DNA of 63,030 nucleotides, filler included, from Octopus bimaculoides (taxonomy: Eukaryota), in the NCBI RefSeq assembly GCF_001194135.2. It is 3 parts of 3 records of this genome, joined end to end, with 100 filler letters (N's around TTAATTAATTAA, not from the genome) between each part and the next. Parts side by side here need not be neighbours in the genome. Positions count along the whole stretch, not along the records: positions 1 to 28,102 come from NC_068991.1; positions 28,203 to 59,144 come from NC_068995.1; 1 more part is not named here. One strand, written 5' to 3'. Each line of letters opens with the position of its first letter. The first letter of the stretch is position 1. Below the pieces are notes generated by a model that was not told where the DNA came from, made no database searches, and worked only from the letters and a program-made list of their open reading frames with translations. Below are positions 24,257 to 34,472 of the stretch, in pieces. Position numbers and translations under genes: made by a program.

Positions 24257-24365
<109 letters not shown>

Positions 24366-24547
24366 ACATGCACCCACAGACACACATAGTAAGCAGCTTA
24401 ATGAAATAATCAACTTGGCTGAATTTCTTATGAAAAACCTGATCATCTAGCCTTAAAAACAAGTTAACTAATTTCATTATCAACTGATTGAGACAAATAG
24501 AGCAAATATTAGATGCAGGGAGAGAGCAAGGAGGAAAGATAGAATTT

Positions 24548-24594
<47 letters not shown>

Positions 24595-25019
24595 GAACAT
24601 AGAAGAGTTTGGTAATCTGCCACTGGGTGACAGGTCGGAAATGGAATTCTCAGAGCTTTTTTGGAAATCAAACCAACCATTTGTTTATTTATTATAAAAT
24701 GGCAAAAGGAAAAACAAATCAATAACTGAAAAGAAAATACAAAATAATAAAAATAAAATGTATATATATAAAGGTAAGACAAAAAGTGGACTAAATATAT
24801 AAAACAAAAATTAGCAGACAACAACAAAAAGAGATAAAGATTAACAAAAATTAAATCTAGAAAACTTTGGCAAGTTGTGAAAGGATTACAAAATGGTACA
24901 GTGACCATACATGTGAGTAATTTTATATAAGGAAATGTTCCAGAATTCAGAACTACATTTATCCTCGTTTATCACAAAGGTTTGGTTCTAAAAAATAAAA
25001 AAAATATAGTAATAAATGA

Positions 25020-25170
25020 CAGAGTGATAAATGAAATATCTCCATGCACTTTGTAAAATGGAAAGAATGGTAAGTTCATTGACACCAAACCGATGGCCTA
25101 CAACAGCACAGCTTCCACCAGTATATATTTTCTTGATGATAATTTCAACCTTTTGCTGTAGAGAAAACAT
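25020..25170 (-). mobile_element. pogo/Tigger transposase N-terminal HTH fragment
   Basis: SLQQKVEII..K..TGGSCAVVGHRFGVNELTILSI resembles the CENP-B/psq-type HTH (L..K..II......S...VG..FGVNESTI.SI). Confidence 0.65.
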
Positions 25171-25560
25171 TTGTCTACATCATTTATTGGGATCAGTACA
25201 GCAGATGAAATGCTTAGTAGGATTTAGTCTGTCTCCTATGTTCTGAGTTCAAATTCCAGTGGAGTTGACTTGGCCTTTTATTCTTCCATGGTTGATGAAA
25301 TAAGTACCAGTTGAGCACTGGAGTCAATATAATCAACTACCTCCACTCCATCACGAATTTCAGTCCTTATGTCCATAGTAGAAAAGATTATTATTATTAT
25401 TATCTTATGTTTGACTTTTGCTTTGCATTTGTACAAGTTGGATCCAAGTCTCACCCAGAGACTTCAAGAGACAACAAGTTAGAAGTTCATGTAGGTGTTA
25501 TGCCTAGGATACCATATATTTCGATTTGTACATAGTGTTGTTCTAGAGAATGTTTATGAA

Positions 25561-25602
<42 letters not shown>

Positions 25603-25820
25603 GTTTTTTTTCTTCTGTCTTATTTAAATATGAATATATATATATAATATATTAATATTAATAATAATAAGGTGTATGGAGACTTGTACATCCACACAAT
25701 TTATTTTATTATTATATACAGCATATTACAATGACCCACATGTGTTTCCACTGCAGTGACTACTCACTGTTGCAGATGCAATTTTGCAATATTGTTGGTG
25801 CAGTTTCATACAGATGTGTA

Positions 25821-25883
25821 TTTTTTTAATTTATTTATGTGTTTCAGCCAAGTGGCTGCGGTCATGCTGGTGCACCACCGTGA
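25821..25883 (-). mobile_element. ~60-bp retroposed mini-element (LINE 3' tail only)
   Basis: A-rich tail at left, 7-bp TSD ATGTGTA at 25814-25820 and 25884-25890; 55 bp identical to 38895-38949. Confidence 0.85.
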
Positions 25884-26351
25884 ATGTGTATGTATATGTC
25901 ATAAGAAATTTTTTTTAAACTTTTGAAAGAATGAGAAATAATTCTATGTTGGAACATTGGCTCTTAAAATATATTACATTCAGCTATAAATAATAGCATG
26001 TAAATATCAAACAAATAAACCCTTTTGCATAGAAAAAGTCGAAGGTTGCCCGTGATGTTAAAGTTTTATCACTCTATAAGCCTTAACATCTATTCAATGA
26101 GACAAACGGCTGGAAAATCCTGTTGCCAGTAACAAACTTGAAAACCAACTGATAGTGCAGTTAATTATGATTCCTGAACTAAAAAGCTTTCCTTGACCAA
26201 TTAAATTCTTAGGAGATTTGTTTGTATTATGTAAATGTCATCATGTGGGCATGCCCAACTCAGAATGTATATGATCAGTGTCCTTTGAGTTCATTCAACA
26301 CATTGTTGTATATGCAATTCAGAATGGTACAAAGAAAGTAATTCTATGCAT

Positions 26352-26520
26352 AGGCACAGGCATGGCTGTGTGGTAAGAAGCTTGCTTCCCAACCACATGG
26401 TTCCAGGTTCAGTCCTACTGTGTGGACCTTGGGCAAGTGTTTTCTACTATAACTTCATGTCGATCAAAGCCTTGTGTGTGGATTTGGTAGATGGAAACTA
26501 AAAGAAGCCCATCATGTGTG
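26352..26520 (+). mobile_element. SINE family A, 5' part
   Basis: Family A head through gaaactaaaagaagccc, then (TG)n. Confidence 0.85.
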
Positions 26521-26529
26521 TGTGTGTGT

Positions 26530-26858
26530 GTGTTACTATTCTATATTTTTGAAATGGAGAATTATGTACATCATTTACAATGGACGGATAGGCGTCCTCA
26601 TCTTGTTTGTTGTTACCACAACATTTCAGCTGATGTACTCTCCAGCCTTCATGAGGTGTTCTGGTGGAATTTCGAACCCAACCCTTTATTTGACTAATGG
26701 GGTACTCTGTTCTCATTCCTAAGGTATTCTTTTTTTGCTGATGTTATTGTTTGTTGATATTATTTTCTCAAATCCCTGCCTGGGATTGAACTCAGAACCC
26801 AAGGGTTAGCAGCCCGCATTCTTATCCATAAGAGTGCAGGCTACTAACCCCTCAGATT
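26530..26858 (-). mobile_element. Family H element copy 2 (older; core decayed to CTCATGA) with ~32-bp inverted 5' end
   Basis: gaacccaagggttagcagcccgcattcttat paired with ataagagtgcaggctactaacccctcagattc; body homologous to copies 1 and 3. Confidence 0.75.
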
Positions 26859-26863
26859 CATAC

Positions 26864-26952
<89 letters not shown>

Positions 26953-27714
26953 AACACATGCATGCACACATACACACGCAGATATATATCAACATATACA
27001 CTCTAGAGCATATGATGGTTAACTTTGAAAGTACACTTTTCTGCCAATGAGTAATATCAGGAAATATGCCGTTTATACAATCATTATAATTTAACTTTTA
27101 TAAAATGTCTTGATATTCATACAAAAGGATGAAATTAATACTAATTTTCAAAATACAAATAAAAATACTACCTTAAAACAAAATTGGATGAAATAAATTT
27201 CTCATTTGCATATTTGCATAAAATATATGCTAATATTTTTCTAAATTTATCCACACAATCACAATCTGCTCCATTTGAAACTTAATTCTGCAGAATTTCA
27301 TTAGAAAAAAAAATGTATTTTCTAGAGACTTATCATTATGTTAGCTCTTCTGTGACAGACAAATTGGCACTTCAGTTGAAGTAACCAATTAGTTGCACCA
27401 ATGTGCATGAATGCAGAACACACTCAGTTGCTGTACTTATGAACTTTTATCTTTTATTCAGGAAAGACTGGCAATGTCCATGACTTATTGTTTTACAGAG
27501 CTTTGGGGAATAAAAGGAGGGAAGAAAGGAGAGAAGGAAGGAAAGTACCCTCAACTAGATGCAGGGTGGCTGGAGAAACATGATGTATTTCTTCTGCCAG
27601 AAATTTGGAAACAACATGCTGAACTGCTTGGCATTTGCACTGGAAGCTCCAATGCAAACATTTCAGAGGAGAGTGTAATCTGAGGACATGTCCTGAGAGT
27701 GATAAAAATCAAAC

Positions 27715-28102
27715 ATCATCGCTTGACAACCGATGCTGTTGTGTTTACGTCCACATAACTTAGTGGTTCGGCAAAAGACACTGATAGAATAAATAAGTAC
27801 TAGGCTTACAAAGAATAAGTCCTGGGGTCGATTTGCTTGACTAAAGGCGGTGCTCCAGCATGGCTGCAGTCAAATGACTGAAACAAGTAAAAGAATGAAA
27901 GAATATATATGCATCGTTTAAACATTCGCTTTCCATGCTAGCATGGGTTGGACGATTTGACTGAGGACTGGCGAACCAGATGGCTGCACCCAGGCTCCAA
28001 CAAATTCTGGGTTCGATTTGGTCGACTAAAGGCAGTGCTCCAGCATGGCCACAGTCAAATGACTGAAACAAGTAAAAGAGTTAAAAAAAAACAAAGAGTA
28101 TG
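27715..28102. mobile_element. SINE-A 3' tails flanking an inverted family B fragment
   Basis: ctaaaggc.gtgctccagcatggc..cagtcaaatgactgaaacaagtaaaaga at ~27841 and ~28026; B fragment ~27912-28005. Confidence 0.8.
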
Positions 28103-28202
28103 NNNNNNNNNNNNNNNNNNNNNNNNNNNNNNNNNNNNNNNNNNNNTTAATTAATTAANNNNNNNNNNNNNNNNNNNNNNNNNNNNNNNNNNNNNNNNNN
28201 NN

Positions 28203-28237
<35 letters not shown>

Positions 28238-28279
28238 CATGCATACACATAAACATACATATACACATTCACATATACA

Positions 28280-28715
28280 TACATTTAGAAAGCCTTTGAA
28301 AGGGTCCCCTGCTCCTTTATCTGGTGGGCACTGCAGAAGCTAGGGATAGATGAGTGGATGGCGAGAGCTGTACAAGCCATTTATAGGGATGCTGTCACTA
28401 AGGTGAAAGTCGGCAATGAGCATAGCAATGAATTTAGTGTACAGGTAGAAGGCCACCAAGAATGGTTCATAGACCCCGTCTTGTTTATCACAATCCTCCT
28501 GGCCATAACAGAGGAATTGAAGACTGGCTGTGCTTGAGAGCTCCTCTATGTTGATGACCTTGTTCTTATTGCTGAATCATTACCAGAACTAGAGAAGAAA
28601 TTTCAGATGTGGAAGCAAGGCTTGGAATCTACTTACTTTTTCTTCGTAAGTAGGAAAACAGACCAATCACAGATCCTTTCTCAGGGAAATGACCCTGCTC
28701 AATATGTAGAAAAGA
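28280..28715 (+). mobile_element. RTE LINE reverse-transcriptase fragment
   Basis: VPCSFIWWALQKLGIDEWMARAVQAIYRDAVTKVKVGNEHSNEFSVQV..HQ...PVLF.....AITEELKTGCA*ELLYVDDLVLIAES (YADD-type motif). Confidence 0.88.
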
Positions 28716-28717
28716 CA

Positions 28718-29794
28718 GTGGGTAGGGAAAGGAGAAATACCAGCAACCCAGGCTAAAGAAGGTCTTCACCCATGTATGGTGTTGTTATCTGTTTGGTGGA
28801 ATATGAAAGGTTTAGTCCACTTTGAACTTTTAAACCCAAACCAAACGATAACAAAGGAGATCCACTGCAAGCAGCTTGAGTGGCTTAAGCCAGCGCTAGA
28901 AGAAAAACAACTATCTTTGATTTCAAGACAAAAAGTATTCTTCCATCAGGATAATGCTCAACCACATACAGTGAGGATGACATTCTAAAGGCTAGAACAG
29001 TTTGAACGGAAGATGATGCCCCTCCCACCATATTCACCAGACATTGCCCCATCTGATTATCATTTATTCCACAGTCTTCAAAATAATTTGGACAGAAAAA
29101 ATATGAATTCTGTAGACGAGGTCAGAACAGTACTGGAGGATATGGTTCTATATTTAAGAGATGAGGAATTATGTACATTATTTACAATTGACGAATATTT
29201 GTCCTCATCTTGTTTGCTGTTAACACAGTATTTTGGCTGATATACCCTCCAGCCTTCATCAGGTGTCTTGGGGAAATTTCGAACCTGGGTTCTCATTCCT
29301 AAGGTATTTTTCGATGTTGTTGTTGTTGTTGTTCAGGTCACTGCCTGGAATTGAATTCGGAATCTTGGGGTTAAGAGCACGGGCTACTAACCCCAAGGTT
29401 CCAAGTTCAATTCCAGGCAGTGACCTGAATAATAATAATAATAATAATAACAACATCGGAAAAAAAAATACCTTTGGAATGAGAACCCAGTTTCGAAATT
29501 TCCCCAAGACACCTGATTAAGGCTGGAGGGTATATCAGCCAAAACGTTGTGTTAACAACAAACAAGATGAGGAGAAATATCCGTCAATTGTGAATAAAGT
29601 AAATAAAGTACTGGAGGAGTATTTTTCATCACAGACAAGTGAATTTTGGAAGAGGAGCCTTGCAAGCCTACCAGATAGATCGAAGAGCATTATAGAAAAT
29701 GAAGGAGAGTATATTTTAAATTAAAAAGGAACTTTGTTTATCTTAATTTTGAAATATAAAAGAAGTATAAAAAAGTCACATTATTTATGGGATG

Positions 29795-29800
<6 letters not shown>
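28718..29800 (+). mobile_element. mariner remnant 3 (C-terminal half), interrupted by the family H palindrome
   Basis: VLLSVWWNMKGLVHFELL; FFHQDNAQPH; PPYSPDIAPSDYHLF; 3' TIR ttatttatgggatgaccc|ta. Confidence 0.9.
29141..29606. mobile_element. Family H copy 3: 466-bp head-to-head palindrome of a tRNA-headed hammerhead element
   Basis: Arms ~29169-29373 and ~29388-29606 are reverse complements; 12-bp TSD AGTACTGGAGGA at 29129-29140 and 29607-29618. Confidence 0.92.
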
Positions 29801-29837
<37 letters not shown>

Positions 29838-30224
29838 GCACACATACATCAAAGAGACATACTCAATGATTATAATTGTTGTTTTCATAACTGAAAATAT
29901 TTTTAAAATATAATTTAAAGTAGATTATATTTAGTTAGTGAATATGTAATTTACGAAGATGTGTTTGATTAAACACAGCTGATATGTATTAACAATTACA
30001 CCAAAAAAAAAAGAAGTTATATAGATATATATATTATATATTATACACAAAAGTATATACACACACATACTCGCTCATTTTACTTTATGCATGCCCATTT
30101 TTTAATATAAACAAAGCTATAATCTGTTATAGTATGCATGTATGAACATATAAAAGGTTTGATGGTGAGCATACATATGCACATATTCAACATGTGTGTG
30201 TATAGGAACTACAACACAATAGAT

Positions 30225-30655
30225 AATAAGAACAGGGAATTAGGTCTATGTAATTGTGCTAAGGATAAAATATGCCCCTTAAACACTAGATGTTTGATGA
30301 AGAACCTAGTGTATTGATGCAAGATCATATCTGAGGGAAGGACATACTTCTATATAGGGCCAGCTCACTGAATTTCAAAAAAGACTAGCAAATAATTTTA
30401 ATTCATTTAGAGATAGAAATAAAATGAGCAACATGAGCTTAAGTGGACTTATCTGGTTCCTTAAAGATAGGAACCTTAGCTTTACCACTGAGTGGAAGAT
30501 AATTAGTACAACTAAACTGTATAGAACAGGGAGAAATAAATATGAGTTATGTATAGAAGAAATGTACCACATCTTTACATTGAGTCACAAATTACTTAAT
30601 AGTAGGCTGGAACAGGCATTTAAGGTGCTTACACAAACATGCCAAAACCTTTAAG
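30225..30655 (+). mobile_element. Penelope-like GIY-YIG fragment
   Basis: CNCAKDKICPLNTRCLMKNLVY...YIG...SLSGLIWFLKDRN....EWKII....LYRTGRNKYELCIEE. Confidence 0.85.
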
Positions 30656-31335
30656 AAATTTAAAAGGTACTAGGTAACTCAATATCCCACCCAAAGATGA
30701 GTGGAAAGGAAACGATAGAACTCCCCAACTGCTTATCCTTATTCTTAACTAACCTAGCATATATTAAAAGGAATAGGAAACAGGATTGCAAAGGTAGGTA
30801 TTTAAAAGTTGAAATTATAATGAAAGATTAAAATAAAAGCTAGACATGAGAAATTAAATAAGTAAACAAGTATACAAAAAATACATAAAACCACAAATAA
30901 AAGAAAAAGAAAAGAGAAGAAATGATGACAATAATAGTGAGAGAAATGAAGTAAAAAAGCTGAAGACAAAAAGGGTGAGTTGGGAAAAGAAGAATTAAAG
31001 TAAGGAAAGGAAAGGAAAGAGGAAGAGAAAACAGGGAGAAAAGGACAAAAATAAATAATATAGGATATATTAATGCAGGTATAAAGTGGCTAGTTAATGT
31101 TATAAGACATAAACCCTGTTATAACAAATATCATGTATTGTTAATAGGAACAGAGGTGAAAGATTGAAAGCTTAGGAGAATAATGTACAAACACAGACAC
31201 ACAATAGAAAGTGCAAGTAGAAAAGTATAAGGAAATATATTCGCAAAAATACATATTTGTGCATACTTATTAATACACATTAAGTACACATACATATATG
31301 GAAACATATATACATACATACCTGTATATATGCAC

Positions 31336-31510
31336 AACACCCACTACACTCTCGGAGTGGTTGGCGTTAGGAAGGGCATCCAGCTGTAGAAACTCTGCCA
31401 AATCAGATTGGAGCCTGGTGTAGCCATCTGGTTTACCAGTCCTCAGTCAAGTCGTCCAACCCATGCTAGCATGGAAAGCGGACGTTAAACGATGATGATG
31501 ATGATGATGA
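31336..31510 (+). mobile_element. RTE-type 3'-tail repeat (family B)
   Basis: cacccactacactctcggagtggttggcgttaggaagggcatcc...gttaaacgatgatgatg. Confidence 0.9.
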
Positions 31511-33109
31511 CATTCATATTAACACATAAAGTATGCCCATACATATACACAAAATATGTATATACACTCATAGAAATAAACAAGTTTGTTAAGCATATGC
31601 AAACAAGAAAATGACAAAGTGAGAAAAACAATTTGTATACAGAGATGAACAAAAGTAATTGGGAATTATGAATAATTAAAATATAAGTATTATAGATTGC
31701 TCAGTGAGATAGGTGGCCATTGAAAGGTTTTTAGGTTTAATATTCTAATTTTATAAAAAATATAATTTTATAAAAAACGAAAGTCATAACTAGCATGCAA
31801 AACAGAGTGTAAAAAATAAAATAAGATGAAATGGAATAAAATGAATAGAACTTGCAAGACCTTCAGAAATACACAATGTTAGTAAAATAACGATGTTAAA
31901 AAAATTATTTCTGGACATGAGCTTAAAATATACATATATAAGACAGATGGAAAAAACCATGCACGAAGTATAAAAAAGGACTGTTTAAAGTAAAGAGGGA
32001 GATAGTGTGTAATAAAAAGTCAATGTTTTCCTTTTGTTCTTTTTATAAAATGGGGAAGTGCATGATAAAAGTGGAGATACATGGTAAACTTCAAATAAGC
32101 TATTATAAGGTACCTTGAAGCATAATTGAAAAAGCCTAGTAGCTCTGGTTTGTGATTTAATGCATGTTGATTCTGGAAAAGGATAAAAACTTACCTACTC
32201 AGACATAATGGACATCTCAGTGAGTTTCAGTATGATCTATGTTTGTATTGGGCAACCTTCCTTAACATGGACCAATAAATTTTAAACAGGGAAAATCCTA
32301 CTTCTTTTAAGATACTAGGTAAAAATTTGTGTACCCACACAATTTTTTATCAAATAATATTAACATGCTAACTTTTTGTTTTTGTACGTACCTGTCGTGT
32401 GCGTCATACTTCTTTGAAGTGGCAAAGCGAGAGAGAGGAGGACAGAGAGGAGGACAGAGAGGAAGTAAGAGAAAAAGTGGGAGAGAGTGGTGACGGCATT
32501 CGTTTTGTGTTTTTAAATGTTTCAGAGAGGACGTAAGAGAGAAAGAAAGAATGAGTGAGAGAGAAAGAGAGAGAGTAAAAGAGACAGAGTGGTGACAGTG
32601 TTCATTTTGTTTTTAAATGTTTATCACATTGCAAGAGAAGTAGATACATAGATACATTTATACATTGTTAAATCAAAAGCAGGAGAAGAGTGACACAAAG
32701 GAATTGAGAGAGAAAGTGAGAGACAGTAGTAGATACATAAATCCAAAGAAAAGTTCATAAATACACAGACACATCAAATATTGGCTGTCAGTTTCACTTT
32801 TCATTACCACACGAGGATAAAATTAACTCACAATTGACTGAATACTCCACAGACATGCATAACATTAACGTAGTTCTCAGGGAGATTCAGTCTCACACAG
32901 AATATGGCAAGGCTGGCCCCTTTGAATTACAGCTACTACTCGATATATGAATGTATTTGTGTGTATGTATAGTATAGGTTAGTTAAAACATGTTTGCAAT
33001 AAGTGTCGTGTGGTGGAAATAAATGCAATTACCAAACTTTCATTCATAAATCCATTTATTATTTCATTCTTTTGCATTTCAATTTGTACATTTGTACCCA
33101 GAAATTTTC

Positions 33110-33760
33110 AACAACTGCACGCCAGAAGAAATGAAAAAACGAGTAATTTTATCTCCTAAAAATTCTGTTTTGCAATAAAGGAAAAAGTTCTTAATATTAC
33201 ACCAGAGGCACTTAAAACATACTTAAGCACAGATTCAATGTCCTGCAATAATGAAGAGGAGGTTCAGAACTATCCATTTGAATTCATAAACTCACTCACT
33301 CCATTGGGTATGCCTCCTCATCACCTCAACCTAAAAGTAGGGGCTATTGTAATGCTACTAAGAAATCTTTCAATCAGTCAAGGATTATGTAGTGGAACTC
33401 GCATGAAAGTGCAAAGACTTCATGAACATTGTGTAGAGGCATCATTGGTAACAGGCTCCAACAGAGATTGCACAGTTCTAATTACCAGCATTAAACTTAG
33501 CCCAAGTGATGCAAATATTTCATTCACGCTAAACTGACTTAAGTTTCCACTTCAACTTGCATATTCAATGACAATTAATAAGGCTCAAGGGCAAACATTT
33601 GAAAAAGTTTGAATACATTTGCCTCAACCAGTATTTTCTCATGGCCAATTATGTCGCATTTTCAAGGTCATGAGCTATGAACAATATCAAAGTAATCGGG
33701 ATAGCAGACAAGGCCAAAAACGTGGTGCAACATACACACAAAATATTGTCTGCCATGAAG
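33110..33760 (+). mobile_element. Helitron PIF1-type helicase C-terminal fragment, pseudogenised
   Basis: YPFEFINSLTPLGMPPHHLNLKVGAIVMLLRNL...GLCSGTR; FPLQLAYSMTINKAQGQTF; VFSHGQL. Confidence 0.92.
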
Positions 33761-33939
33761 TACAGTGAGGAAGACCATCGCACCAGCTAGCATCACTACC
33801 ACACCAGCCGCTCTATCATTACACATCCACATTACACCTTTAAGATCAGGGAACCAGTTAGGGGCCCACTGGATCTCTCTTGACATACCAGCAAGCCACA
33901 ACATTGCACCAGCCAGCATCACCACTACCTCCATGCCCG

Positions 33940-33988
<49 letters not shown>

Positions 33989-34019
33989 CATACATGTATG
34001 TATGTATATATGTATGTAT

Positions 34020-34200
34020 GTGTGTGTGTTTGTGTCAGTGTTTGTCCGACCACCATCATTGCTTGGCAACCAATGTTGGTGCATTTGCATCCCTGTAATT
34101 TAGCTGTTAAGCAGAAGAGACTGATAGAATAAGCACCAAGCTTACAAGGAATAAGTCCAGGGGTCAATTTCTTTGACTGAAACGAAAGAATAAAAGAATA
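34020..34200 (+). mobile_element. SINE family A, 3' part
   Basis: gcttggcaaccaatgttggtg...gactgatagaataagcacc...aataagtccaggggtc. Confidence 0.75.
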
Positions 34201-34472
34201 CCAGAAAACGTTCCTTAACACTAAACCAATAAGGTTCTTTGAATATGTATGATGTATTTTAAGGTTAAATAGTAATTCCGTTTACGTTTGTGTAACTGAG
34301 ATATTTTGGTTGGATTATTTAGTCATTGGTGTTACATTACTTTCTACATTCTGTAACTGACACAATATACTTTTCTAGGCCTGAATTTTTTGTGGGGAGG
34401 GGGCTAGTTGATTAGATTGACCCCCAGTACACAACTGATAATTAATTTATCGACCCTGAAAGGACGAAAGGC

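Noticed and set aside
27411-27683. 90-aa ORF with a good acceptor at 27460
   Set aside because: No recognisable homology, no convincing donor, and opposite to the inferred gene strand; left unannotated.
28147-28158. TTAATTAATTAA island inside an N run (also 59189-59200)
   Set aside because: An identical all-frame-stop linker in the middle of two 100-bp gaps is a scaffolding artefact.
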